A DNA stretch of 24,000 nt from Rhodococcus sp. ACT016 (GCF_050477185.1 NZ_JBEAET010000001.1:835579-859578); one strand, 5' to 3'; positions 11,919 through 22,856 are shown, counted from the stretch's first letter. The notes: a model not told the origin generated them from the letters alone. A program made the numbers and translations.

Positions 11919-11933
11919 TACCCCGTGTGGGTA
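11919..11933 (-). promoter_or_regulatory. CsoR/RicR-type operator, box 1 (TACCC-N5-GGGTA)
   Basis: TACCCCGTGTGGGTA lies 25 bp upstream of the copZ ATG. The 5-bp arms are exact inverted repeats separated by 5 bp, the form known for CsoR-family operators. Confidence 0.6.
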
Positions 11934-11954
11934 TGGCTCGAACAATTCGAAAGG

Positions 11955-11969
11955 TACCCCCAGGGGGTA
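11955..11969 (-). promoter_or_regulatory. CsoR/RicR-type operator, box 2 (TACCC-N5-GGGTA), within a putative promoter spacer
   Basis: TACCCCCAGGGGGTA is a 15-bp palindrome with 7-bp arms around a central base. Read in the copZ direction it lies between a TTGCGT (-35-like) and a TACCTT (-10-like) spaced 17 nt apart. Its centre is 36 bp from the box 1 centre. Confidence 0.6.
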
Positions 11970-12003
11970 TCGAACGCAAGGGGTTGGAAGAGATCTTCGC
12001 CAC

Positions 12004-12227
12004 GTCGCCGGGTTTCTTGTAGGTGGGGCAAGCGCGCCCGACGGTGCTGTGGTTGACTGGTCGCGGTCGTAGTTTTTGTGTTTGTGTTAGTCCACGCTCG
12101 CAAATCCTTAAGTTGCGGGCGGGCGAGTCTCCACTCGGAGTTCGACGACACCGCCGTGTGACATCGGCCCGGGAACCCCTGACCTGGAGTTTCCCGAGTT
12201 TGCACTGCGTAAGAGAAGGAAAGAAAC
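12004..12227 (+). promoter_or_regulatory. cspA promoter and long 5' untranslated leader
   Basis: Non-coding stretch of over 220 bp with an unusually AT/T-rich tract (GTAGTTTTTGTGTTTGTGTTAGTCC, about 12069..12093). It ends in a strong RBS (AGAAGGAAAGAAAC-ATG). Long structured leaders are established for cspA-type genes. The transcription start is not determinable here. Confidence 0.4.
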
Positions 12228-12431
12228 ATGGCAGAAGGCACCGTGAAGTGGTTCAACGCTGAAAAGGGCTTCGGCTTCATCGCGCCCGACGACGGCAGCG
12301 CCGACGTCTTCGTCCACTACTCGGCGATCCAGACCAACGGCTTCCGCACCCTGGAAGAGAACCAGCGCGTGCGCTTCGAGATCGGCCAGGGCAACAAGGG
12401 CCCGCAGGCCACCGACGTCACGGCTGTCTGA
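12228..12431 (+). CDS. cspA: cold-shock protein (CspA family)
   Basis: 67 aa: [35 protein letters not shown]..., with RNP1 (KGFGFI) and RNP2 (VFVHY) motifs. Very close to mycobacterial CspA. Confidence 0.97.
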   Translation: MAEGTVKWFNAEKGFGFIAPDDGSADVFVHYSAIQTNGFRTLEENQRVRFEIGQGNKGPQATDVTAV

Positions 12432-12471
12432 GCTCACTCGGACTTGCCCGGCTGAGCCGGGCGCATGACGA

Positions 12472-12508
12472 AAACGGGCCCCACTCCTTCACGGAGTGGG
12501 GCCCGTTT
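12472..12508 (+). terminator. intrinsic terminator of cspA
   Basis: 16-bp perfect stem AAACGGGCCCCACTCC (12472..12487) / GGAGTGGGGCCCGTTT (12493..12508) with loop TTCAC and a T-run at the 3' side. It lies inside the N-terminal part of track ORF 12465..13064, which argues against that start. Confidence 0.8.
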
Positions 12509-12593
12509 CGTGTCTCCGGCCCGATTCGTCGCACCGGCACCGAGTTCGGCGCTAGGGTTCGGCAACCGAGCCGACGAGACGGAGGGGGCCTAC

Positions 12594-13064
12594 GTGACGC
12601 CCGAGGAGTTGAGCGACCGCGCCGAGATCGGCGACGTGCTGCACCGCTATTTCCGGGGCGTCGACCGGCGGGACTGGGCGCTGGTGCGGGGATGCTTCTT
12701 CGACGACGCGCACAACGACTACGCGCCGTTCTACCAGGGCGGGATCGACGACTTCATGCAGTTCCTGGCCGATCCGGCCGGCTTCGGGCTGTTCGACCGA
12801 ACCTTTCACTTCTCGGGCAACCAGCTGATCGATCTCGACGGCGACAGTGCCGCCACCGAGATCTACGCGATGGCGCAGCACACAAGTGCCGCGGACGCGG
12901 GTAACCCCAGCCGCAACTTCCTCGTCGTCTGGCTGCGCTACCTCGACCGCTTCGAACGGCGCGACGGGCGGTGGGCGATCGCGGACCGGCGGATCGAGGT
13001 CGAGTGGATCCGCAACGACGTCGGCGGCACCTGGATGAGCGTGCCGGGTCAGGCCTCGCCGTAG
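12594..13064 (+). CDS. NTF2-like / SnoaL_4-type domain protein
   Basis: GTG 12594 with GGAGGGGG 6 nt upstream, giving 156 aa. Typical SnoaL_4 N-terminus: EIGDVLHRYFRGVDRRDWALVRGCFFDDA. The C-terminal WxIxxR pattern is present (RDGRWAIADRRIEVEW). Confidence 0.72.
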   Translation: MTPEELSDRAEIGDVLHRYFRGVDRRDWALVRGCFFDDAHNDYAPFYQGGIDDFMQFLADPAGFGLFDRTFHFSGNQLIDLDGDSAATEIYAMAQHTSAADAGNPSRNFLVVWLRYLDRFERRDGRWAIADRRIEVEWIRNDVGGTWMSVPGQASP

Positions 13065-14017
13065 CGTCTGGCCATCGCCGCGTGACGTTGCGCGGCCTGC
13101 CTGCACTCGTCGCGCAGTCCGGGTGGGTCCAGCACGGTGAAGTCGACGTCGAATGCGCTGAGCCATCGCGCGATCGACCGCAGCGAATCGCCGCCGAGGG
13201 CAACCACGCACTGGTCGTCGGGCCCGTGCTCGAGCGTGCCCCAGGCGGCGTCGACCATCGGAGCGATGTCGTCGATGGGGGCGTGCAGCAGCACCCGCGC
13301 GCGCACCTGGGTCACCGCCCGGTTGACGCCGCGCGCGACGAACTCGGCTGCGCCGCCGGGCGGTAGATCGCGCGGTGGGAACCGCGGCCCGGTCGGGATC
13401 TTCGGTTCCATGCGGTCGACGCGGAAGGACCGCCAGTCGTCGCGCATCGTGTCCCACGCGACGAGGTACCAACGCCACCCGGACCGCACCAGCCGGTACG
13501 GCTCCACCTCCCGCCTGCTCTCGCTGCCGTCGTGGGTGCGGTAGTCGAAGCGGAGGCGCTCGTGGTTGTGGCACACCGATGCGATCGCGGCCAGCACCGC
13601 GGCGTCGACGGCGCTCGGTGCCGGTTCGCGCTGCACCACGTCCACCTGTAGCGCCTCGAGGCGGTGTCGCAGCCGCGACGGCATCACCTGCCGCAGCTTG
13701 GTGAGCGCGCGCACCGACGACTCACCGATCCCGACGACCGATCCCGTCGCGCCGGATTGCAGGCCGAGGGCGACGGCGAGGACCTCGTCGTCGTCGAGCA
13801 GTAGCGGCGGCATCTCGGCGCCCGCGCCGAGTCGGTACCCGCCGCCGACGCCGACGGTCGCGTCCACGGGGTAGCCGAGGCCGCGCAGCTTGTCGACGTC
13901 GCGCCGGACGGTGCGTGGGGTGATGTCCAGCCGCTCGGCCAGTTCGACACCCGACCAGTCGCGTCGGGTTTGGAGCAGGGAGAGCAGCCGGAGCAGCCGT
14001 GCCGAAGTTTCCCGCAT
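13049..14017 (-). CDS. HTH + WYL domain transcriptional regulator (YafY family)
   Basis: Track ORF is 13049..14029. The start is probably the second Met (14017): MRETSARLLRLLSLLQTRRDWSGVELAERLDITPRTVRRDVDKLRGLGYPV (DeoR-type HTH). Central WYL region: EVEPYRLVRSGWRWYLVAWD. The 3' end overlaps the SnoaL-like gene by 16 nt, tail to tail. Confidence 0.85.
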   Translation of the reverse strand: MRETSARLLRLLSLLQTRRDWSGVELAERLDITPRTVRRDVDKLRGLGYPVDATVGVGGGYRLGAGAEMPPLLLDDDEVLAVALGLQSGATGSVVGIGESSVRALTKLRQVMPSRLRHRLEALQVDVVQREPAPSAVDAAVLAAIASVCHNHERLRFDYRTHDGSESRREVEPYRLVRSGWRWYLVAWDTMRDDWRSFRVDRMEPKIPTGPRFPPRDLPPGGAAEFVARGVNRAVTQVRARVLLHAPIDDIAPMVDAAWGTLEHGPDDQCVVALGGDSLRSIARWLSAFDVDFTVLDPPGLRDECRQAAQRHAAMARRYGEA

Positions 14018-14116
14018 GCATCGGAGCATCCCAGAAATTGCGGACGCTAGGTGTCCTCAATAGCTCCTAACTTTCGTGGTGACCGACGAAGAAACACGAA
14101 ACGGGGAGGCACGACG

Positions 14117-15085
<969 letters not shown>

Positions 15086-15138
15086 GCACGCGCCCCTCCA
15101 CCCGATTCGATTCCCAGACCAGACCGAGGAGACCTCTC

Positions 15139-15882
15139 ATGACCGGCATCGTCCGCGACAGCGGCATCGTCATGGCCCGTGAACTGCGCCCCACCCTGCG
15201 CGACCCAGTGAGCGTCGTGTTCAGCCTCGCCCAACCCCTGATCCTGCTCGCGCTGTTCGGCCCGCTGTTGAAGAGCGTGCCCGGCATGGGGGAGAGCGTG
15301 TGGAACTGGTTCATTCCCGGGGTACTGGTGATGATCGCGATCTTCGGCACGTCCATGACGGGGTCGAACCTGTTGATGGAGATGCGGCAGGGCTCGCACG
15401 AACGGATGCTCGTGACGCCCCTGCATCGCTCGTCGCTTCTGATCGGGCGGGCCGCGAAGGAAATGGTTCCCCTTGCGGCACAGGCAGTTCTGATCATCCT
15501 GGTGGCGCTGCCCCTGGGGCTCGACGTCGACCCGCTCGGTGCCGTCGTGGGCATCGTGTTGCTCGGCGTGTTCGGTGTGGGCCTCGGCGCGCTGTCGTAC
15601 GCGTTGGCCCTGGCCGTCCGGAACCAGGACTGGATGTTCTGGGTGGTGCAGCAGACGCTGATGTTCCCGATGCTGATCCTGTCGGGCACGATGCTGCCGC
15701 TCGACGACGCCCCCGGATGGATGCGGGCGCTCGTCGCGATCAATCCGCTCGGCTACGTGGTCGAGGCCGAGCGGGCCCTGTTCGCAGGCGATCTGGTGTC
15801 CAGGTCGGTGCTGTCGGGTGTGATCGCCGCGGTCACTGTCGCCGCGGTGGGACTCGGTGTCGGCGTCCGATCGGTGCGGTAG
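15139..15882 (+). CDS. ABC-2 type transporter permease (DrrB-like)
   Basis: Track ORF is 15082..15882. ATG 15139 has GAGGAGA 8 nt upstream. The alternative GTG 15082 overlaps the ATPase stop (GTGA). The protein has multiple hydrophobic helices (e.g. VVFSLAQPLILLALFGPLL, WFIPGVLVMIAIFG, AVLIILVALPLGL, IVLLGVFGVGLGALSYALAL, VIAAVTVAAVGLGVGV). Confidence 0.8.
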   Translation: MTGIVRDSGIVMARELRPTLRDPVSVVFSLAQPLILLALFGPLLKSVPGMGESVWNWFIPGVLVMIAIFGTSMTGSNLLMEMRQGSHERMLVTPLHRSSLLIGRAAKEMVPLAAQAVLIILVALPLGLDVDPLGAVVGIVLLGVFGVGLGALSYALALAVRNQDWMFWVVQQTLMFPMLILSGTMLPLDDAPGWMRALVAINPLGYVVEAERALFAGDLVSRSVLSGVIAAVTVAAVGLGVGVRSVR

Positions 15883-15903
15883 GCGTTCGACCGAGGTAAG
15901 TGC

Positions 15904-15934
15904 CGCCTGAGGTGCGTTTTCGTCACCTCGGGCG
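15904..15934 (+). terminator. hairpin after the ABC-2 operon, 10 nt upstream of the annotated ispE start
   Basis: 11-bp stem CGCCTGAGGTG (15904..15914) / CACCTCGGGCG (15924..15934) with one G-U pair and loop CGTTTTCGT. There is no clear U-tail, which is common in actinobacteria. Confidence 0.45.
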
Positions 15935-15943
15935 CACCGCCTA

Positions 15944-16890
15944 TTGTTGGAACCTGTGCTCTCCGTCGTTCCTCGCCCCGTCACCGTCCGGGCGCCGTCC
16001 AAGGTCAACCTGCACCTAGCGGTCGGTGACCTCCGGGAGGACGGCTACCACGAGCTGAGGACCGTGTTCCAGGCTCTCTCACTCACCGACGACGTGTCCG
16101 TCGTTCACGCCGATTCGCTCGCGGTGCGGGTGCGCGGTGAGGGTGCCGCCTCGGTGCCCACCGACGCCTCCAACCTGGTCTGGAAGGCCGCCGAGATGCT
16201 CGCCGCCGAGGCGGGCATCGCCCCCGACGTCGAGATCTCGATCCACAAGGGCATCCCGGTCGCGGGCGGCATGGCCGGCGGCAGCGCCGACGCGGCGGCC
16301 GCGATGGTGGCCCTCAACGAACTGTGGCGACTCGGTCTGGACCGGGACGCGCTCGGCGAGTTCGCGGCCCGGCTCGGCAGCGATGTGCCGTTCAGTCTCC
16401 ACGGCGGAACGGCGTTCGGGACCGGGCGTGGCGAGAAGCTGCTGCCCGTGCTGTCGCGCAACACGTTCCACTGGGTTCTCGCGCTGGCGAAGGGTGGGCT
16501 GTCCACGCCCACGGTGTTCCGCGAGCTGGATCGGTTGCGCGCCGAGGGCAATCCGCCGCGGGTCGGCGACGCCGCCGATCTCATGCACGCCCTCGCATCC
16601 GGCGACGCCGCCGCGCTGGCGCCGCTGCTCGGCAACGACCTCCAAGCGGCGGCGCTGTCGCTGGAACCGGAACTGCGCCGCACGCTCCGGGCCGGGGTGA
16701 CCGCGGGAGCCCTGGCCGGCATCGTGTCGGGCTCCGGCCCGACGTGCGCGTTCCTGTGCGCGGACGCCGACTCCGCCGTCGCGGTGAGCGCGGAACTCTC
16801 GGGTGCGGGAGTGTGCCGCACCGTGCGTGTCGCGAGCGGGCCGGTGCCCGGTGCACGCGTGATCGACTCCGAGCCGGAAGGCAGCCACTG

Positions 16891-16891
<1 letters not shown>
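15944..16891 (+). CDS. ispE: 4-(cytidine 5'-diphospho)-2-C-methyl-D-erythritol kinase
   Basis: 315 aa. Start is TTG 15944 or GTG 15956 (uncertain). N-terminal [22 protein letters not shown] and GHMP-kinase motif [24 protein letters not shown]. Confidence 0.92.
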
Positions 16892-18681
<1,790 letters not shown>

Positions 18682-18812
18682 CGCTCGATCGCTCGGCGGG
18701 GGAATGCCTCGTTCGGCTGCGCGTGCAACGATAATGCCGCTACCGCCCCATAGCGCTGCGGCGACGGTTAGCCTGCACTTGTACCGTACGCGCGGGGTGG
18801 AGGGCGGGCATC

Positions 18813-19307
18813 GTGGATCTGGAGGCGATAGCCGAGATCAGTCGGCTCAAGTACCGGTACGTGCGCGCCCTCGACACGAAGTCGTGGGCGGAATTCGCGG
18901 ACACCCTGCTGCCCGATGCGACGGCCACCTACGCCGAGCATCTGCGCTTCGACTCCCGCGACGCGTTCGTTTCCTTCATGCAGGACACGCTCGGTCCGCA
19001 CGTCATCACCGAGCACCACTGCGGCCACCCGGAGATCGACGTGCACGGCGATACCGCAACGGGCATCTGGTACCTGTCCGACACCGTGGTGGTGCCCGGT
19101 GACCAGATGTACATGCACGGCGCCGCGTTCTACCAGGACCGCTACGCCAAGGACGCTGCCGGTCGGTGGAAGATCGCGCACACGGCGTACGAGCGCACCT
19201 ACGAGTCCGTGTACTCGCTGGCCGACATGCCGAGCTTCCGTCTGACGTCCAATCGCTGGTCGCTGGTCGGGTCGCCGCAGTCGGGGGTGCCCGGGGTGGC
19301 TCCGTGA
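18813..19307 (+). CDS. NTF2-like / SnoaL_4-type domain protein (second copy of this fold in the window)
   Basis: 164 aa. GTG start with GGAGGG upstream. MDLEAIAEISRLKYRYVRALDTKSWAEFADTLLPDA... and ...GRWKIAHTAYERTY are typical of SnoaL_4. Confidence 0.72.
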   Translation: MDLEAIAEISRLKYRYVRALDTKSWAEFADTLLPDATATYAEHLRFDSRDAFVSFMQDTLGPHVITEHHCGHPEIDVHGDTATGIWYLSDTVVVPGDQMYMHGAAFYQDRYAKDAAGRWKIAHTAYERTYESVYSLADMPSFRLTSNRWSLVGSPQSGVPGVAP

Positions 19308-19714
19308 CGGACTTCCCTCCGGCCGGCGCCCTGCCGTACCTGACGGTTCGCGGGGCACGTGAGGCGCTGGAGTGGTACCGGAGGGCGTTCGGGGCCGAAT
19401 TGGTGGGGGAGCCGATCGTGCTGGACGACGGTCGCATCGGGCACGCCGAATTGCGTCTGCAGACCGGGATGATCTATGTGGCCGAGGAGTTCCCGGAAAT
19501 GGGGCTCACCGCGCCCGAGTCCGGTGCGACGTCGGTCAGCCTGATGTTGCCGGTCGACGACACCGACGTGGTGCTCGCGCGGGCCCACGACGCCGGGGGC
19601 ACGGTCGAGCGGTGGATCTCGGAGAACTACGGCCGCCGCAACGCGACGCTCATCGACCCCTTCGGGCACCGTTGGATGTTGTCGGGTCCGGTGAAGGGTG
19701 GCACCGGAGGATAG
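19304..19714 (+). CDS. VOC (glyoxalase/bleomycin-resistance, PhnB-like) family protein
   Basis: GTG 19304 overlaps the upstream stop (GTGA), giving 136 aa. LPYLTVRGAREALEWYRRAFGAEL....GHAELRL...IDPFGHRWML is the typical PhnB-like VOC pattern. The 182-aa track ORF start (19166) would overlap the previous gene by 140 nt. Confidence 0.75.
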   Translation: MTDFPPAGALPYLTVRGAREALEWYRRAFGAELVGEPIVLDDGRIGHAELRLQTGMIYVAEEFPEMGLTAPESGATSVSLMLPVDDTDVVLARAHDAGGTVERWISENYGRRNATLIDPFGHRWMLSGPVKGGTGG

Positions 19715-19723
19715 GGTCGGCGG

Positions 19724-20428
19724 GTGACTGTTCCGCCCCGCGAGTCGTTCCCCGACACCCGCGGTTGGCTGCGTGCCTTTCCGGGTGCGCCGGCCTCGCC
19801 GCCGAGCAGCGGATTGCCGATGCCTCCCGACCCCGCCCTGCCCGCCGACCCCGTCGAGCTGTTCCTGTCGTGGCTCGAGGAAGCTGCCGCGGCCGGCGTC
19901 GTCGAACCCCAGGTCGCGACGCTCGCCACGGTCGACGCGTCCGGGGCGCCCGACGCCCGAACACTGCTGCTCAAGGACGTCACCGAGCGCGGATGGTGGT
20001 TCTCGAGCGACCTGAGGTCGCCCAAGGCCGGTCAGCTCGACGCCAACCCCGCCGCAGCGCTGACGTTCTACTGGCGTGAGCAGGGTCGACAGGTCCGGGT
20101 GCGTGGCGCGGTCCGACGCGGCGACCGCGAGGTGAGCGCACGCGACTTCCTGGACCGGTCGGTGACGGCGCGAGCGGTGGCGGCTGCGAGCCTGCAGAGC
20201 GAGATCCTCACCGCCGTCGGCGATTACGACGACGCCGTCCGGGTCGCGACGGCCCAGGTGGAGGCCGACCGATCGTTCGTTTCGACAACCTGGCAGGCTT
20301 GGTGCCTGGTTCCGGTGACAGTCGAGTTCTGGCACGCAGACCCGGGCCGACGGCACCTGCGTGTCCGCTACCGGCGCATCCCTCCCGGCGAGGGAGCCGG
20401 TTGGCACATCGACGCGTTGTGGCCGTGA
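19724..20428 (+). CDS. pyridoxamine 5'-phosphate oxidase family protein (PdxH-like, divergent)
   Basis: 234 aa; start uncertain, with GTG 19724 or ATG 19820 both possible. Colinear with PdxH landmarks: LPADPVELFLSWLEEA, ATLATVD..G.PDARTLLLKDV, WWFSSDLRSPKAGQL, GRQVRVRG, VEFWHADPGRRHLRVRY, and a terminal LWP. The canonical RPR..Q.GAW.S.QS and WGG motifs are degenerate, so I give no symbol. Confidence 0.65.
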   Translation: MTVPPRESFPDTRGWLRAFPGAPASPPSSGLPMPPDPALPADPVELFLSWLEEAAAAGVVEPQVATLATVDASGAPDARTLLLKDVTERGWWFSSDLRSPKAGQLDANPAAALTFYWREQGRQVRVRGAVRRGDREVSARDFLDRSVTARAVAAASLQSEILTAVGDYDDAVRVATAQVEADRSFVSTTWQAWCLVPVTVEFWHADPGRRHLRVRYRRIPPGEGAGWHIDALWP

Positions 20429-20454
20429 ATCGTTCGACAGGAAAGGGAGTCGCG

Positions 20455-21489
20455 ATGACGTCGTTCATCCAGACCCATGTGCACGGAACCGTCGCGCAGA
20501 TCGTGCTCGATCGGCCCAGGGCGCTCAATGCCTTGGACAACAGCATGATTCGCGACATGTACGCCGCATTGATGCAGTGGCGCGACGACGATGCCATCAC
20601 CGCGGTGCTGGTGACCAGCGCGTCGGACCGGGCGTTCTCCGCGGGCGGCGACATCAAGTCCGTGCGCCAGTCCGCGCTCGACCGGGACCACAACTCGGTC
20701 CACGAGTTCTTCTCCACCGAATACCAGCTCAATGCGTTGATCGCGAACTACCCCAAGCCGTACATCGCGCTCATCGACGGTCATGCGATGGGCGGTGGGC
20801 TCGGCATCTCGGTCCACGGATCGGTGCGCGTGGTGACCGAGAAGGCTGCCCTGGCTATGCCCGAAACGGCGATCGGCTTCTTCCCCGACATCGGCGCCAG
20901 CTACTTCCTGCCCCGCCTGACCGGAGCGACGGGGATGTACCTGGGCCTGACCGGTGCCCGCGCCTCCGCCGCCGACGCAATCGCCGCAGGACTGGCCACC
21001 CACTTCGTGCCCAGCGACAAGCTCGCTGCGCTCGCCGACGACATTCGTGCGATGCGCGACGGCGAACTCGACGACGTGCTCGCCCGCCACACCACCGACG
21101 CCCCGGCGTCGGAGCTGGCGGATCGGCAGGGTGAGATCGACCGCGTCTTCGGGTCGGGCACCGTCGCCGACATGGTGGAGAAGCTGACCGGTGACGACGA
21201 GTGGTCCAAGCAGACCCGCGAGGCCCTGACGACGGTGGCCCCGAGCAGCCTGTGGATCACCGCCGAGTTGGTGCGCCGGGGTGCGGATCTGACCCTCGAG
21301 CAGTGCCTGGACCTCGAGCTGGTCCTCGGCGCCGAGGTCACCCGCAACGCCGATTTCATCGAGGGCGTGCGCGCCGTGCTGGTCGACAAGGACCGCAACC
21401 CGTCCTGGAACCCGCCGTCGATCGACGACATCGACGCGGAGGCGATCGAGGCGCTGTTCACCGAGATCACGGCCGAACTGGCGGAGTAG
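20455..21489 (+). CDS. enoyl-CoA hydratase/isomerase family protein, ECH_2 / 3-hydroxyisobutyryl-CoA hydrolase-like
   Basis: ATG 20455 (codon 53 of the track ORF) with GAAAGGGAG upstream, giving 344 aa. Crotonase motifs VLDRPRALNALD, FSAGGDIKS and ALIDGHAMGGGLGIS. Length and C-terminal extension are typical of the hydrolase (EchA9-like) subgroup. Confidence 0.82.
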   Translation: MTSFIQTHVHGTVAQIVLDRPRALNALDNSMIRDMYAALMQWRDDDAITAVLVTSASDRAFSAGGDIKSVRQSALDRDHNSVHEFFSTEYQLNALIANYPKPYIALIDGHAMGGGLGISVHGSVRVVTEKAALAMPETAIGFFPDIGASYFLPRLTGATGMYLGLTGARASAADAIAAGLATHFVPSDKLAALADDIRAMRDGELDDVLARHTTDAPASELADRQGEIDRVFGSGTVADMVEKLTGDDEWSKQTREALTTVAPSSLWITAELVRRGADLTLEQCLDLELVLGAEVTRNADFIEGVRAVLVDKDRNPSWNPPSIDDIDAEAIEALFTEITAELAE

Positions 21490-21508
21490 ACCGCCGACCG
21501 ACACTCAC

Positions 21509-21542
21509 GAATGCGCCCGCCGTGTTTGCGGCGGGCGCATTC
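21509..21542. terminator. bidirectional hairpin between the convergent ECH and DUF1214-like genes
   Basis: 14-bp perfect stem GAATGCGCCCGCCG (21509..21522) / CGGCGGGCGCATTC (21529..21542) with loop TGTTTG. It lies 19 nt after the ECH stop and 3 nt before the stop of the minus-strand gene. Confidence 0.7.
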
Positions 21543-21545
21543 GCA

Positions 21546-22841
21546 TCAGCTGATCATCCTGTCGGCGACGGCGATTTGTCGCGCCGCGATGGCTTGACGG
21601 TACTGCTCGGGTGAGATGCCTGCCTGCGCGTAAAACGGCAGTTTGCGGGGAAGTTCCGAAACTTTGACGACCTCGACGGTGGGTTTGTCGACATCGGTCA
21701 GAGGTTCGGTCTGGCCCTGCCAGCGCAGATGGATGTACCCGGTGTCGTGCCCGGTTGTCTCCAGCCAGTTGGCGAGGCCGGGGTCTTGGCGTGAGACGAC
21801 GAATCGGAGCTGTCCATCCGGGTCTGTGCGGGCCTGGTCGGCGGTGAGGCTGGTGCTGTGGTTGATGTAGTCGAGTGAGACGTACCAGTCGCTGCCGAGC
21901 TGAATTCCCTGATACGGCGCGGCGGAGCGTGGCACGGTGACGATGAGCGCCTCGTCGTCGGCGAGGCTGTAGGTGCCGGTCGAGGAGTACTGGGTGGGGA
22001 GTCCGCCGGCGGTGGATTTTGGCTGCGTCAGCGTGTTGGGCGGGAGGGGCCCGTACATCTGGCTGGTGAAGTCGATCCACAGGCTCACCTGCCCCGTCAG
22101 GAAGTCTGCGGCGGCACGAAATCTGGCGGCTTCCCTATCCGGAGTGGTGGGTTCCGGGGCGGCGCCGATCCGGTCGCTGCGGCGGATGGTGATGCTGCCG
22201 CGACGCTCGGTGTCCCAGTCGGAATACACCTCGCGGGTGAAGAGAACGCCGGAGCCTTGGGGGAGAGCGACGCAGTCCCGGGCGCCCGAGCAGTGCGGGC
22301 TGAGGCGGAAGCTGTAGCTGCCGTCGGGGGCGATGGTGAACGAGTTGTCGCCGAACGCAGCCAGGCTCTGGGGGAAGGGGAGTGCCAGGTAGTCGCCGCT
22401 CAGAATCTGAAATGACAGGTCCTTGACTGTGGAACGGGTTCCGGTGACGACGTACTCGGCGTCGTCCCGTAGCGGTGCGCGCATGTAGATGGCATCGGGG
22501 TTGTCCAAACCGACCTTGCCGTCCGCAGCCGTGAGTTGTTCCATTCGCGGGAAGTCCGGGTCGTCGTTCCACGCCATGCGCACTGCGTTCTTCGTCAGTC
22601 CGCGCACGTAGTCGAGCCCTTCGGCCAATTCGGTCGCGGACCCGGCGAAGGGGGCATTCCGAACGGCTCGCTCGGCGGCGGTGACAGCCTCGGCGAAAGG
22701 CGCCATGGCCGACGCCGACTCGGTTGATGCCGACGCGGTGTCCGCGCCCGCGTCGCGGTCGGTCAGGACGGCCGCGGCCACGAGCACAGCGCAGGCCAGG
22801 GGCAGTGTGACGAGCAAGATCGGTGTTCTTCGGTTTGGCAT
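21546..22841 (-). CDS. secreted DUF1214-like domain protein (function unknown)
   Basis: 431 aa. GGAGGA sits 3 nt upstream of ATG 22841. N-terminal signal peptide MPNRRTPILLVTLPLACAVLVAAAVL. The C-terminal part (..YQGIQLGSDWYVSLDYINHSTSL...DPGLANWLETTGHDTGYIHLRWQG) resembles what I remember of DUF1214. GC is visibly lower than in neighbouring genes. Confidence 0.6.
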   Translation of the reverse strand: MPNRRTPILLVTLPLACAVLVAAAVLTDRDAGADTASASTESASAMAPFAEAVTAAERAVRNAPFAGSATELAEGLDYVRGLTKNAVRMAWNDDPDFPRMEQLTAADGKVGLDNPDAIYMRAPLRDDAEYVVTGTRSTVKDLSFQILSGDYLALPFPQSLAAFGDNSFTIAPDGSYSFRLSPHCSGARDCVALPQGSGVLFTREVYSDWDTERRGSITIRRSDRIGAAPEPTTPDREAARFRAAADFLTGQVSLWIDFTSQMYGPLPPNTLTQPKSTAGGLPTQYSSTGTYSLADDEALIVTVPRSAAPYQGIQLGSDWYVSLDYINHSTSLTADQARTDPDGQLRFVVSRQDPGLANWLETTGHDTGYIHLRWQGQTEPLTDVDKPTVEVVKVSELPRKLPFYAQAGISPEQYRQAIAARQIAVADRMIS

Positions 22842-22856
22842 GGGTCCTCCGTAATC

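Noticed and set aside
11677-12003. 109-codon N-terminal extension of the middle copper-operon ORF (420-aa track ORF)
   Set aside because: It overlaps copZ and the operator region in another frame and has an Arg-rich composition. An internal ATG at 11676 has a good RBS and is followed directly by the hydrophobic N-terminus.
12465-12593. N-terminal 43 codons of the 199-aa SnoaL-like ORF
   Set aside because: This segment contains the cspA terminator hairpin (12472..12508). GTG 12594 has a strong GGAGGGGG RBS and begins the conserved domain.
12552-13574. 340-aa minus-strand ORF across the SnoaL-like and WYL genes
   Set aside because: It has a Arg/Pro-rich composition and overlaps two motif-supported genes in wrong frames.
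16324-16890. 189-codon N-terminal extension of the ABC-F ORF (785-aa track ORF)
   Set aside because: The extension lies entirely inside ispE in another frame and is Arg/Gly/Pro-rich. The ABC-F domain begins at [10 protein letters not shown] (ATG 16891), which overlaps the ispE stop.
20368-21504. 378-aa minus-strand ORF antisense to the enoyl-CoA hydratase gene
   Set aside because: It is an antisense artefact. The plus-strand frame has crotonase motifs and a good RBS.
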